DNA of 36,470 nucleotides from a bacterium (GTDB lineage: Bacteria > Acidobacteriota > Blastocatellia > Pyrinomonadales > Pyrinomonadaceae), in contig JBDTTW010000221.1 of NCBI GenBank assembly GCA_039930405.1, positions 1-36,470 of the forward strand, given 5' to 3'. The position numbers and the translations under genes are program-made. Positions within the stretch are counted from its first letter, which is position 1, and every line of letters starts with the position of its first letter. This document shows, in pieces, positions 1 to 9,240 of this stretch. Below the pieces are notes generated by a model. That model was not told where the DNA came from, made no database searches, and saw nothing but the letters and a program-made list of their open reading frames with translations.

Positions 1-1240
1 GATAGTTACGCTCGAGGTCGCCCGCAAACGCGCGCGCCTGATCGACGTTTCCTAAATTGAAATTCGCCTGCGCCATAAAGTAGAGCCCGGCGCGCGAGTT
101 TGGTTCCTGAATCAGCACTTCTTTCAAATCTTCAACGGCAGCCAGCAAATCATTCGACTCGCCGGTTTGGGCGCGCACCCGAGCGCGCAACAGCAACGCC
201 TGACGATCGTGCTGGTCCTTCTTAAGAATTTCATCGATTTGCGCAATCGCACCCGCAGTGTCACCACGCATCAACATGATTTCGCCTAAGCGATAACGCC
301 CCTGGGTGAAATCAGGCGACTGGGCAATGATGTCCTTGTAGATATTGATTGCGTCGTCCAAACGATTAACGGACGAATAAAAGTCTGCAAGCACTGCGCG
401 GCCTTCCGGCTTATCCTTGTTCATTTCCGCCAGCGCTTTGTAGGCAACTTCCGCCTTATCAAGTTGTTTGTTGACCAGATAAAAACTGGCGAGGACAAAA
501 CGCGACGAGCGGTTGCTGGGTTCAACCTCGACGGCCTTGCTCATCTCTGCTTCCGCTTCCGCCCCGCGGTTCAGCTGCACCAGAAACTTGCCGTACTCGG
601 TGTGCGCCAGGCCGGAGTTGTAGCTAATGCCAATCGCGCGTTTGAAGGTGTCTTCGGCCTTGGCGTTGTCGTTAGTAACAATGTAGAAGCGCGCCAAGCT
701 GAGGTACGAATCAACGCGTTTTGGATCCAACTCGATCGCGTGGTTCATTTCGGCGAATGCTTTGCCGGGTTCGTTCTGCGCGAAGAAGATGCTGCCCATC
801 AGGATGTGACCTTCAACGTGGTTCGCATTCTTTTGCAGAATTTCTTTTGCCAGTCGTTCGGCCTCGGCAATCATCTCCGGACGGCCCTTGGCGCCGGCGA
901 TGTAGTAATTGCCAAGTTTTACGCGCGCATCAAAATTATCGGCGTCGAGTTCCGTAGTCTTGCGCAACTCATCAAACGCTTCCGGAAAACGCTGCAATCC
1001 CTCGAATGCGCGCGCCAGTCCCCAATGGGCCGGGGCAAAGCGCTCGTCGATTTGAATCGCATTACGAAACTCAAGCGAGGCTTCCTGAAACTTTTCATCT
1101 TTCAGGTAGACCTCGCCTTTTTCGACGTGGGCGACTTTAGTTTTTTCGGGATTGGCGCAGCCGCTGATAGCGAAGATGGCTGCGAAAAGAACTGATAAGA
1201 GGGTGGCGTAATAGACCCTGGTTCGGCACTCGATATTCAT
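1..1240 (-). CDS. prsT: TPR-repeat lipoprotein, PEP-CTERM-system PrsT-like. N-terminal ~413 aa only; the C-terminus runs off the left edge.
   Basis: Absent from the ORF track because no stop lies in the window. My translation of the minus strand starts at ATG 1240..1238, with AGGAGAG 5 nt upstream. It gives MNIECRTRVYYATLLSVLFAAIFAISGCANPEK, a lipoprotein signal with lipobox AISGC. Open TPR-like repeats then continue to position 1 (EASLEFRNAIQIDERFAPAHWGLARAFEGLQRFPEAFDELRKTTELD...). The + ORF 464..1195 is its antisense shadow. The position next to exosortase/EpsI fits the PrsT family. Confidence 0.72.
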   Translation of the reverse strand, partial: MNIECRTRVYYATLLSVLFAAIFAISGCANPEKTKVAHVEKGEVYLKDEKFQEASLEFRNAIQIDERFAPAHWGLARAFEGLQRFPEAFDELRKTTELDADNFDARVKLGNYYIAGAKGRPEMIAEAERLAKEILQKNANHVEGHILMGSIFFAQNEPGKAFAEMNHAIELDPKRVDSYLSLARFYIVTNDNAKAEDTFKRAIGISYNSGLAHTEYGKFLVQLNRGAEAEAEMSKAVEVEPSNRSSRFVLASFYLVNKQLDKAEVAYKALAEMNKDKPEGRAVLADFYSSVNRLDDAINIYKDIIAQSPDFTQGRYRLGEIMLMRGDTAGAIAQIDEILKKDQHDRQALLLRARVRAQTGESNDLLAAVEDLKEVLIQEPNSRAGLYFMAQANFNLGNVDQARAFAGDLERNY

Positions 1241-1597
1241 TTTTGCTCTCCTGTCGTGAACCCGCTAGGGCGGGCTCGCGTTTTTTGTCTTCACTTTCGT
1301 TTTTCCCAACCGGCGGCGGGCAATGCCACCGGTGGGTACGAGAGCGCGACACTAGTACGAAAGGCTTAATTCTTCAGAGGTTCCGCAAATTACTGTTGAA
1401 GCTGATTGCCAGTTGCAGGCTGCGAGCGGATGTTGAAAGTACTACAAGTCACGAGTCACTTAGCAATTGCTGAACCACGCGCGGTAAACCGGCTGGGGTA
1501 AATCAAATTTGGCAAACAAGCCGAACCTAATTGCAGGTTGAGTTTGGACCGCTCTCAGTTTGCGTTCGACGCTGGTCTGTTTGATTCCTGATTGACA

Positions 1598-2242
1598 TCA
1601 ATCTGGAATGAATTCAGGCAGGATGGTCGATGTCTCGGCAGCCAAATCGACCGACGCTTTTAGGGCATCAGCTTCCGAACTTTCGATAGGAGTGGTAATA
1701 CGCACCATCGCGCCATCGGAACGGCGCCGGCGCACGCTGTCGAGCACGGTGTAGACCTTCCCCCAGTACTCGCTGGCTACCGCGCGCCCGCGACCCTGGT
1801 ACCAATAAATGAGCAGTTCTTTATGGTCGCCGTTTTGAATGATGTATTTGTTCGCGACGAATGCCGGTCTTCCCTTTGGCGAGATAGTGATTCGGTCCGG
1901 CTCGCTCATTACCCAACCGGATCCGGGTAAACAATTCAATGGGCTGTGATAGGTAGCGCCCTCGCGCTGGCTGGCGTAGTAACCAACATAGAAATTTAAT
2001 ACGCGGCCGTCGGTAGCGCGATAGTTGCGCAGCAGATAGTCGCTGGCTCGCAGCACCGCCATAGTTTTTTCGTCAAACTGTTCATCGGCGCCCAACTGTT
2101 TCCAACTTTCGATCTGTGCGGGAAAGCCTTTCAGCTGCTTGCGGTCAACATGCGCTTCGCCCAGATAAGCCCAGGCATTAACCACCAAGCCGCCAACGAC
2201 AAGTAACCCGAAGAAGATTGCAAAGCGCCACCTTTTCATCAT
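1598..2242 (-). CDS. epsI: EpsI-family exosortase-associated protein
   Basis: 214 aa with one N-terminal TM helix (FAIFFGLLVVGGLVVNAW) followed by a ~185-aa soluble domain. Its ATG overlaps the exosortase stop as ATGA at 2239..2242. Size, topology and the tight pairing with an exosortase match the EpsI family. Confidence 0.75.
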   Translation of the reverse strand: MMKRWRFAIFFGLLVVGGLVVNAWAYLGEAHVDRKQLKGFPAQIESWKQLGADEQFDEKTMAVLRASDYLLRNYRATDGRVLNFYVGYYASQREGATYHSPLNCLPGSGWVMSEPDRITISPKGRPAFVANKYIIQNGDHKELLIYWYQGRGRAVASEYWGKVYTVLDSVRRRRSDGAMVRITTPIESSEADALKASVDLAAETSTILPEFIPD

Positions 2243-3291
2243 TCGCTGCCCCCCGTCGCGCTTTGAAGATTTGGTAGTCCGCTTTGCAGACCAGCAGCTT
2301 CGCGCCGCGTTTTATTCTCCTGGCGCTGAACGCCGCTGGGCTTCACCCGATCCAGCACCCATCCGACTCCGAATAACATTAGGAAAGCGACGATATAGAT
2401 CACCCATCCTGAGAACGTGTGAAAGAAGCCGTCAGCTACTTTCGTCCCGTAATAGCGGGCCAAGATGCCGGTGCCGCTGACTCGGAGTGCATTCGTAAAA
2501 ATTGCAATCGGAACGGCGGAGAAAAGGATCAGCGCCGATCGCCAGAAGCGAAAACTCTTTAGGCTGGCAAGCATCCCGCCCTTACCGTCCCCCTTTCCCG
2601 GATCGTTATCCCGCGGATGAGTGAAGTAAGCGTAAACAACTGCCAACGTCACCAGGGTCATCAGCGATCTGATGCCGCTGCATGCTTCCACAACCTCGAG
2701 CTTCTTTGTTTCGCGCGCGCCAAGCGGCATCAACTCGATGACGTTGCCCTGACGCAGCACCGGAATATCAAAAAGTTGCATTGCCGAGACAGCACAGCGC
2801 GATGCAAAAAGCTGCAACGGAAACGCGACTTTGTTAAAGATAATTGCGGGAATGGGAATCGCCAGCCACAGCAGGAACAAAGGAACGATCATCAACCGCA
2901 GCAGCTTGAACCCCCAGAAATATATGACTGTCCCGGCGAACAAAAACATAAGCGACGTGCGCTGCAAATAGAGTTCGGCACCGGCCGTCCCAGCCCAGAG
3001 CGTAATCAAACCAAACGAGACAACGGCAAGACCAACAACCATCGCTGGTCGCTGGGGTTCGCGAGCAAAGCGCTGCCGCTGACTCCAAAGTATGTAACCG
3101 ATGACAAACGGAACAAGCAGACCGTGCGAATAGTTTTCGTCAGTCCACCAGTCATGCCCCAGTTTGCCGAGCACAGCGGCATAAGCCAGCACTATGGCCG
3201 ACGTTATGGCAAAGACTCGCCAGAATTGTTTGACAGGGATGCTTGAGGCGACACTCATTAGATAGGTTTGTTTTCTTGAGAAAAAGGGCAA
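2239..3291 (-). CDS. Exosortase (EpsH/Xrt family, multi-pass membrane transpeptidase)
   Basis: 350 aa and polytopic. It carries the exosortase catalytic signature in the expected order: VVEACSGIRSLMTL (Cys), FTNALRVSG (Arg), FHTFSGWVIY (His). An alternative start at M12 (3258, MSVASS...) is possible. It is coupled to EpsI downstream. Confidence 0.88.
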   Translation of the reverse strand: MPFFSRKQTYLMSVASSIPVKQFWRVFAITSAIVLAYAAVLGKLGHDWWTDENYSHGLLVPFVIGYILWSQRQRFAREPQRPAMVVGLAVVSFGLITLWAGTAGAELYLQRTSLMFLFAGTVIYFWGFKLLRLMIVPLFLLWLAIPIPAIIFNKVAFPLQLFASRCAVSAMQLFDIPVLRQGNVIELMPLGARETKKLEVVEACSGIRSLMTLVTLAVVYAYFTHPRDNDPGKGDGKGGMLASLKSFRFWRSALILFSAVPIAIFTNALRVSGTGILARYYGTKVADGFFHTFSGWVIYIVAFLMLFGVGWVLDRVKPSGVQRQENKTRREAAGLQSGLPNLQSATGGSE

Positions 3292-3464
3292 CTCTCTCTT
3301 TCGGAAAACCTTAAGTTCAACCCGAGGCGAAACTAACTAGCAGCAAGAGCCACTCAACAGGGGCGGCTCAATTAACTGAAAGTGCTAAAGCGTCCAAGGT
3401 TCCGGCGTTTATGAGTTTTTTCAAATAAAATAAGCCGGGCAATAGCTCACATTTACGGCCCAGC

Positions 3465-3505
3465 TTGATAGCTCTTAGTTCGCGGTGTATATAACCAGCT
3501 GGTTA
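3465..3505 (+). promoter_or_regulatory. Sigma-70-like promoter (TTGATA-N17-TATATA) overlapped by a perfect 14-bp palindrome, TAACCAGCTGGTTA, a putative operator
   Basis: TTGATA lies at 3465..3470, then 17 nt, then TATATA at 3488..3493. The palindrome at 3492..3505 spans the -10 box and the predicted transcription start, 44 nt upstream of the DoxX ATG at 3549. Confidence 0.4.
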
Positions 3506-3548
3506 ATTACTCGCTGGGAAACAACGCGCGAATGTCTCAGGACAAATC

Positions 3549-3920
3549 ATGAACATTGCTCTTTGGATTATTCAGGTGCTGCTAGCGCTTCTCTTTCTGT
3601 TTGCCGGGGGCATAAAACTAATCATGCCGATCGAAGAGATGACTAAGCAGATGCCAATAGCAATTCCAGGACTCGTTCTGCGATTCATCGGTGTGGTCGA
3701 AGTACTCGGCGGGCTCGGTCTGATTCTTCCCATGCTGCTGCGCATTAAGCCCTGGCTGACTCCGCTAGCCGCAATGGGTTTGGTGATCCTGATGATTGGA
3801 GCAGCGGCCTTGTCGCTTATGATCGGCGTAACCGCGGCAATCCCGGCGCTGGTTACGGGACTATTCGCTGCGTTTGTTGCCTACGGTCGTTGGCGGCTGG
3901 CACCGCCGACTGCGCGCTAA
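3549..3920 (+). CDS. DoxX-family small integral membrane protein
   Basis: 123 aa with four predicted TM helices. The N-terminal IIQVLLALLFLFAGGIKL is typical of DoxX-like proteins. It is the only convincing + strand gene in the left half. Confidence 0.65.
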   Translation: MNIALWIIQVLLALLFLFAGGIKLIMPIEEMTKQMPIAIPGLVLRFIGVVEVLGGLGLILPMLLRIKPWLTPLAAMGLVILMIGAAALSLMIGVTAAIPALVTGLFAAFVAYGRWRLAPPTAR

Positions 3921-3994
3921 GATCCTGGCGCTGATATGCGGTGGGTGGCGCCGCATGGCACGGCTTGTCGTGATCAAGCGGATATAACCGGAGA

Positions 3995-4468
3995 CTAACG
4001 AATGAAATACAGCGAGTATGAAGTAAGAAACTCAGCGTTACTGCCGCGCGCAATCAAAAGCACCGCGCGTTCCTTTCCCTGCGCGGCAATCTTCCATTTG
4101 TAAGAATAGTTGATGCCATCAGTGGCGACAGTCGCGTCTTTAGTTTCACCGAGGTCGGAATAGCGAACGCGGTTGGGATGGGCCACGGCGGTGACAAAAA
4201 TCAAGCGGTGCTCGCGATCGAATTTCGTTAGCAGGTAGTTGTAGCGCGCATCTTTCTTCAGTATCCAAACCTCCTGCTCGCTACCTTCTTCCTTTTCACG
4301 CTCTTCCTTTTGTTGCGTGGCAATCTTTCGCATTCTCTTGTGCACCGCTGCTTCGCTCATCCCCAAGCTTAAGCCAAACACTTCGCGCGAAGGTTTTGCG
4401 GGCGCAGACTGGATACTGCTGGAGAGCAACAAGAGCAGGAGAGAAATTAGAAATGGTTTGCGCTTCAT
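3995..4468 (-). CDS. Secreted hypothetical protein
   Basis: 157 aa with a clear signal peptide (MKRKPFLISLLLLLLSSSIQSAPA), a charged KEEREKEEGSEQE segment and a beta-rich C-terminus. I recognise no family. Confidence 0.55.
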   Translation of the reverse strand: MKRKPFLISLLLLLLSSSIQSAPAKPSREVFGLSLGMSEAAVHKRMRKIATQQKEEREKEEGSEQEVWILKKDARYNYLLTKFDREHRLIFVTAVAHPNRVRYSDLGETKDATVATDGINYSYKWKIAAQGKERAVLLIARGSNAEFLTSYSLYFIR

Positions 4469-4708
4469 TGATTAAGTTTCCAATAACGTTTCGTTGAAAG
4501 GCAACAGCCGAGTAACGCGTCGCCAATACACCTGGCCTCCGGACATTAGGTCGAGGGGCCCCACTTTAAAAAGGACGGCTTGAGAAATCCTTGAGCGGAG
4601 ACTTGAGACTCGAAATAGGTAGAATTCGCTGGCTATTTGGCGTTCTACAAATGAAAGACCCGCGCTTTCGAGCATGCCCTGATTCCAAGCGGCGTTAGCA
4701 CGCTTCAA

Positions 4709-5839
4709 TCAAAGCTCGCGGTAGATTCTTAGTGTTTCGTCGACTGCCATTTCCAGGGTGAAGTGTTGGGCCACTCTCGCGACCGCCTGTTGGGCCATCC
4801 GTTTTCTTAAAGCGTGATCGCGGCCAAGTTTCTCTATTCCGTCCGCCAGCGCGACTGGATCCATCGGGTTCACCAGCAGTCCTGTTTCGCCATCCTTGAT
4901 TACTTCAGGAATCGCGCCTGCACGGCTCCCAATAATCGGAACGCCACAGGCCATCGCTTCCGCCAACACCAGGCCGAAAGCTTCGCCGACCGTGGCCAGC
5001 AGAAAAAGATCTGACGCTTGCAGCAAACTTACCGGGTCAGGAACCAAACCCAGCCAATGAACTCGCTCGGCAATCCCGAGTTTTTGACTAAGTTGTTTTA
5101 GCTCATCGAGCATCTCGCCGTCACCAGCAACGATCAGGTGCGCGCGCAAACCGCGTTGGGCCAACACGCTGCAGGCCTCTACAATTATTTGCGGATTCTT
5201 GATGGGACGAAGATAAGAGACTGTCGAAAGAATCAACTCGTCATCGGGAATGGCAAGCTTCCTGGCCCAGGCTGCTCGTGCCGAAGCGTCAGGACGAAAG
5301 CGTTGATTATCAATGCCGAGATAACGAACGACGATCTTTTCTTCGGGAATGCCGGCCGCCACCAACTGTCCTTTGATGTAATCGGAAATTGCAATGATGC
5401 GCACCAGTGGTGCGGTCATAACTCGGTTGCGCAGGTGCAGCAGTTCTTTCTTCCAGGACTTCGCTCGAAAGAGTCCCCCGTTCCCCATTTCATAAACAAT
5501 GGATTTCAGACCTTGCGAACGGGCAAGCCAGGCAACTGCGCGAAAGTAATCGAAGAACGCAATGTGCACGCGTTCGATCGCGTGCCGTTCAATAAGCTTT
5601 CGCAGTTCCCTGGAATAGTGAGCGAATCCGTCTTCATAGTTGATCGCAGCCACAGACACGCCGGCTTGGTTAAAGCGGTCTTCAATTTCCGGCGGTAGTT
5701 TTGTAGCAAACACGAGCACAGGCTTGCTGCCGCAGGCGCGCAACGCCTGACACAAACGCAGGTGATGCTCTTCCAGGCTGCTCCAGGTGCGCGGAGCAGA
5801 GTCGAGTAGGAATGCGGTGTTTGGAAAGTCCCTTTGCAT
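4709..5839 (-). CDS. Glycosyltransferase, GT4 (GT-B, retaining)
   Basis: 376 aa with the C-terminal E-x7-E region EAFGLVLAEAMACGVPIIGSRAGAIPEVIKDGETGLLV. It is the last gene of the long minus-strand array. Confidence 0.85.
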   Translation of the reverse strand: MQRDFPNTAFLLDSAPRTWSSLEEHHLRLCQALRACGSKPVLVFATKLPPEIEDRFNQAGVSVAAINYEDGFAHYSRELRKLIERHAIERVHIAFFDYFRAVAWLARSQGLKSIVYEMGNGGLFRAKSWKKELLHLRNRVMTAPLVRIIAISDYIKGQLVAAGIPEEKIVVRYLGIDNQRFRPDASARAAWARKLAIPDDELILSTVSYLRPIKNPQIIVEACSVLAQRGLRAHLIVAGDGEMLDELKQLSQKLGIAERVHWLGLVPDPVSLLQASDLFLLATVGEAFGLVLAEAMACGVPIIGSRAGAIPEVIKDGETGLLVNPMDPVALADGIEKLGRDHALRKRMAQQAVARVAQHFTLEMAVDETLRIYREL

Positions 5840-5851
5840 GTTTGCGGCTGT

Positions 5852-6985
5852 TTAGATGTTGTAGAGGTCGACGAGCTGCGCGACGTTTGTTCTGAGATCG
5901 AATTTTTCAGCAACCAGATGTTGTCCGGCCGCTCCCATCTTATGTCGCAACTCCGCATCCTGTATTAGCCGCAGCAGTTTCTCAGCGGCAGCCGCAGTGT
6001 CATTGCGCTCAACCAGGAACCCCGAGACACCGTCGATCACCAATTCAGGAATACCGCCAACTTGGGTGGCGACGATCGGTTTGCCATAAGACATTCCTTC
6101 GGCAATCATCCAGCCAAACAATTCTTCCCACTGCGACAGTTGGCAGATGATATCGGCAACGTCGTAGACGCCCGCGCCGAAGGGGTCCTCGATCAGTCCG
6201 GTCCAGGTGATGCGGTTGCTCAATCCCAATTTGGCAGCATCGTTCATGAACTGCTGGCGCTGCGCTCCCTCGCCCACCAAAACAAAATGTGCGTTGGCAT
6301 TCTGTGTCGCCAAAATGCGCGCGGCCTCGAGTAAGGCCGGGATTCCCTTTTCCTGAATCATCCAACTGACCTGCACAATGACAACTCGATCGTCAGGGAT
6401 GCTGTAGCGCTTGCGAAACTGCGAGGCGCGTTGCGCATCCTGAGACACGCGCGAAAGATCCACTGCGTTGTAAATGAGTGCGTGTCGCTCGTTTGGCAGC
6501 AAGTCCAATGTCGTCAGACAACGAAGACCGTAGTCACTAACGCAAATTACTTTTGTCAGGGGCTGATTGATCGTGCGTGCGATCGCTCGCTTCCAAAGCG
6601 GGGCGCGTCGCAAAGTATGGGCCGCAGGACGTGAACTGTGATCTGTAAAGAAAATCTGTTTCACGCCTAACAATCGCGCCAGCCAAACGTACGGCCCCAG
6701 AAAGCCCGTAAAATGCAGGTGCAAAACTTTCGGTGAGTAACGGCGAATAATTCTGGCAAGCTTCCGGGCGGCAGCGAGATTAAAATGCGTGGCGTCTGCG
6801 AGCAGTTCAATCGATACGTTTGGCAAGCTTAGAAACTCGCGCACTTCTGCCGTCGGTGCTTCAAGAAAACACAGCACACTTTTCCAGTTGCGCTCGCCCA
6901 GTTGATGCGAAAGCTCGCGCGCAAAAGTTTCGGTTCCCCCAATTCGGAATGGTCTGACTCCGAAGACCGAAACTACCGTTTGCAT
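5852..6985 (-). CDS. Glycosyltransferase, GT4
   Basis: 377 aa with the motif EELFGWMIAEGMSYGKPIVATQVGGIPELVIDGVSGFLV. There is a 12-nt gap to the next GT4. Confidence 0.85.
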   Translation of the reverse strand: MQTVVSVFGVRPFRIGGTETFARELSHQLGERNWKSVLCFLEAPTAEVREFLSLPNVSIELLADATHFNLAAARKLARIIRRYSPKVLHLHFTGFLGPYVWLARLLGVKQIFFTDHSSRPAAHTLRRAPLWKRAIARTINQPLTKVICVSDYGLRCLTTLDLLPNERHALIYNAVDLSRVSQDAQRASQFRKRYSIPDDRVVIVQVSWMIQEKGIPALLEAARILATQNANAHFVLVGEGAQRQQFMNDAAKLGLSNRITWTGLIEDPFGAGVYDVADIICQLSQWEELFGWMIAEGMSYGKPIVATQVGGIPELVIDGVSGFLVERNDTAAAAEKLLRLIQDAELRHKMGAAGQHLVAEKFDLRTNVAQLVDLYNI

Positions 6986-7038
6986 AGTTGCTCCCGCGAT
7001 CGAGGATTGCCGTTTGGAATTAGCTGGCCAGGTAGAGG

Positions 7039-8013
7039 TTAACTGAAGATGCGCCGCAGCCGCATGCTGACGCGGCTGTTGAAGTGCTTTAACGCGATCT
7101 CGGCATCGTAGCCGGCGCTGAGAAGCCGGTAAAGGATCGAAGGCTGACCAGCGCGGACGAACGCCGGACGAAAATTTAGTTTGTTGCCAAAACCGAGTAT
7201 GCGTCGATCCTCATCCGAAAGATTGCCGAGAAACGCCGCGTTAAGAATCAGCGGATGATAACGATAGTAATCCAGGTCTTCGCGTTGCAGCGTAATGTTC
7301 GGATCGTGGTAATTGAAGAAGCAGGCCTGGCGCTCCTCGCGCATCGGCACGCCCTGACGATGGATGCCGGAAGTGTCAAACAGAATTGCAGTGCCCGCCG
7401 GACCAGTAACATCGAGAACTTGTTCTGCAGCGACATCGCTCACTTCGGCGTTCCTCACAATGCGCGGGTGCTGTTTTTGGTGGCTGCCTTTAATGTAGTT
7501 TAGTCCGCCGCTGCGCACGTCGGTTAAGTAGATTCCTAACTTAACCTCGCGATGAATCGTGCCGCTGACACTCTGGTCGTACCAGGCATCGCCATGCCAG
7601 CCATGGAAATCGCGCTTGGTCGGCAGTGACTTCCAGCCCTTCGCTTCTGTCAATTCGTATTCATCGCTCAGGTAGCGATTAAGAACTGCCTTAACAAGCG
7701 GATGCAGCACCAGGTCGACAAATCCCTGATCCAGCGTCAGAACATCCTCGACCAGAAGCCGATAAGGTTCGGTCTTCTGATAACCCTCAAAATTATTCCA
7801 ACGGGCTCTCTGCAATCGAGTCGAAAAAGCTTTCTGCATTGCCTGCAGTGTTTCGAGCGACACTAATCCCGGCAAGACTGCAATGCCGTCCTGGTCCAGA
7901 CGCGAAAAAACGGCATCGACCTCGGTGCGGTCGGGCACGGCACCAGGGAACGTTGCGATTTCGGTGATTTGCAGTTCGTCTCTCATTTCTGATTGGTCCA
8001 TGCTCCGGTTCAA
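7039..8013 (-). CDS. Fe(II)/2-oxoglutarate dioxygenase, PhyH (phytanoyl-CoA dioxygenase) family
   Basis: 324 aa. It has HxD in FHGWHGDAWYD, then GGLNYIKGSH, then the distal His in AILFDTSGIHRQG, which is the PhyH-type facial triad order. The track start is a TTG at 8013 overlapping the upstream stop. An ATG at 8001 (MDQSEM...) is an alternative. Confidence 0.6.
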   Translation of the reverse strand: MNRSMDQSEMRDELQITEIATFPGAVPDRTEVDAVFSRLDQDGIAVLPGLVSLETLQAMQKAFSTRLQRARWNNFEGYQKTEPYRLLVEDVLTLDQGFVDLVLHPLVKAVLNRYLSDEYELTEAKGWKSLPTKRDFHGWHGDAWYDQSVSGTIHREVKLGIYLTDVRSGGLNYIKGSHQKQHPRIVRNAEVSDVAAEQVLDVTGPAGTAILFDTSGIHRQGVPMREERQACFFNYHDPNITLQREDLDYYRYHPLILNAAFLGNLSDEDRRILGFGNKLNFRPAFVRAGQPSILYRLLSAGYDAEIALKHFNSRVSMRLRRIFS

Positions 8014-9215
8014 CTCAATACCAGCTCTGCTTCCCTTTCATCAACAAGTTCGGGTTTCTCTTGCATGATTTGGCGAAGCTTATAGTCGCGAAACAGTCCT
8101 GGCTCGCCCGGCTGATCTTCAACTGCGGCCGCTACCATATTGAAAGCCTCGCGCGCGGTCGCAAAGTGAATCTTGAAATTATTCTGTCCTGCATTGTCGA
8201 GCACCTCGTTCATGAATCGTTTCATCTGCTCGCCAATCATCGCATCCTGGTCCGCTTCGAAGAACGCGTGGGAAAACAACTTCACAAAAACCCAATCCGG
8301 TTTCCCAGCGACACTGATGGATGCGCCGCGCCAGCGATGGAATCGATCAAGCGTCAAGGGATAATTATGCGCAAGCGCGCCGTCGTCGACTCGTGGAACC
8401 GGCAAGCCGTGCACGCGACGTGTCCAATCGAAAACGAGCGGGCCGGCAAAGATCACCGGAAGTTTCAATTCGGCTCCAACTTTTACAGATGGCCCACCGC
8501 GATGCGGCTTTGCTTCGCCAAGCGGATAACCGCATTGGTAAATCGCGTTGAGGCGCGGCACCTGTGACTGAAAAGGCACGGACGGCAGCGTGAAATCGGC
8601 ATAACAACCTGTGTCCGCCAGAATCTGCATCTCGTTGTCAACGCCGCAAAAACGGCCACCCGCGGAGTTTGCCAGCGCCCAGTTTCCATGAACGAATCCA
8701 TACTTAGGCATACCGCCGGCATTCTCACGCGACAAACATTTGTGTTCGTACGCCAGCACATCGCGAAAGTTTTCCAACATGAATCTTGTCTTCGCAGCGG
8801 TGTCCGGCTGGTCAACGCCGTGATGTAAATGAATCTCCACTTCACCGAATCCGTCGCGTTGCAACTCGGCCAGCATGTCGAGCAACGGCCGTTCATATTG
8901 TTCAGCTGGAAAAAAGTTTGTATGACGGAAAGGCGCGCCGTCGTGATCGCGAATGGCATCACCGGTCGCGCGGGCCAACTCGCACCACTGCTCCTGACGC
9001 CGTAGGGCAATTTCGCCGAGTCCCGGTTCGAAATGATTGGCAACTACGAAAATCACATGAGTCTGCTTCGCATCGGTGGGCCGGCGTGCAATTTCACCCG
9101 CGCGCCAAAACGGATAACGCAACAGCCACGGCAGCGACCACCTGACCTTGTCGAGTAACTTCGTGTTTACAAAATCATCAGCCATAACATTGTGTCTTGA
9201 GTGGCGCCGCACCAC
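8010..9215 (-). CDS. Conserved hypothetical protein, His-rich; possible metal-dependent hydrolase or deacetylase-like enzyme
   Basis: 401 aa and soluble. Motifs are VIFVVANHFEPG, EVEIHLHHGVD, YGFVHGNWALAN and CGVDNE. I cannot assign a family. An alternative ATG start lies at 9185 (MADDFVN...). It is embedded in the operon between the beta-helix and PhyH genes. Confidence 0.5.
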   Translation of the reverse strand: MVRRHSRHNVMADDFVNTKLLDKVRWSLPWLLRYPFWRAGEIARRPTDAKQTHVIFVVANHFEPGLGEIALRRQEQWCELARATGDAIRDHDGAPFRHTNFFPAEQYERPLLDMLAELQRDGFGEVEIHLHHGVDQPDTAAKTRFMLENFRDVLAYEHKCLSRENAGGMPKYGFVHGNWALANSAGGRFCGVDNEMQILADTGCYADFTLPSVPFQSQVPRLNAIYQCGYPLGEAKPHRGGPSVKVGAELKLPVIFAGPLVFDWTRRVHGLPVPRVDDGALAHNYPLTLDRFHRWRGASISVAGKPDWVFVKLFSHAFFEADQDAMIGEQMKRFMNEVLDNAGQNNFKIHFATAREAFNMVAAAVEDQPGEPGLFRDYKLRQIMQEKPELVDEREAELVLS

Positions 9216-9240
9216 CTACAAACTACCATCTCCTTCACAG

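Noticed and set aside
464-1195. 243-aa + strand ORF, along with the 721..957 and 1243..1473 ORFs
   Set aside because: It lies antisense to the continuous TPR lipoprotein frame on the minus strand (1..1240). That frame has a proper RBS, lipobox and repeat structure. The + strand product is low-complexity with no motifs, so it is a shadow ORF.
1258-1286. GC hairpin (CCCGC-TAGG-GCGGG) followed by TTTTTT, terminator-like on the + strand
   Set aside because: There is no credible + strand gene upstream to terminate. On the minus strand it lies in the 5' leader of the PrsT-like gene, with no U-tract after it. It may be a leader structure, but nothing beyond the hairpin itself supports that.
3936-3956. 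8-bp-stem hairpin (ATGCGGTG-GGTGG-CGCCGCAT) between the convergent DoxX and secreted-protein genes
   Set aside because: It has no U-tract on either strand and one G-U pair, which is too weak to call an intrinsic terminator.
4472-4708. 78-aa ORF immediately downstream of the last GT4
   Set aside because: It has a TTG start, no recognisable motif, a Ser/Arg/Leu-rich composition and no clear RBS. This is more likely the non-coding region between the EPS array and the secreted-protein gene. I cannot exclude a small real protein.
8061-9145. Several 60-190-aa ORFs on both strands (8061..8567 +, 8483..9043 -, 8786..9145 +)
   Set aside because: All are nested within the 401-aa gene at 8010..9215, which is translationally linked to its neighbours. 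The nested ORFs have no starts with an RBS and no recognisable motifs.
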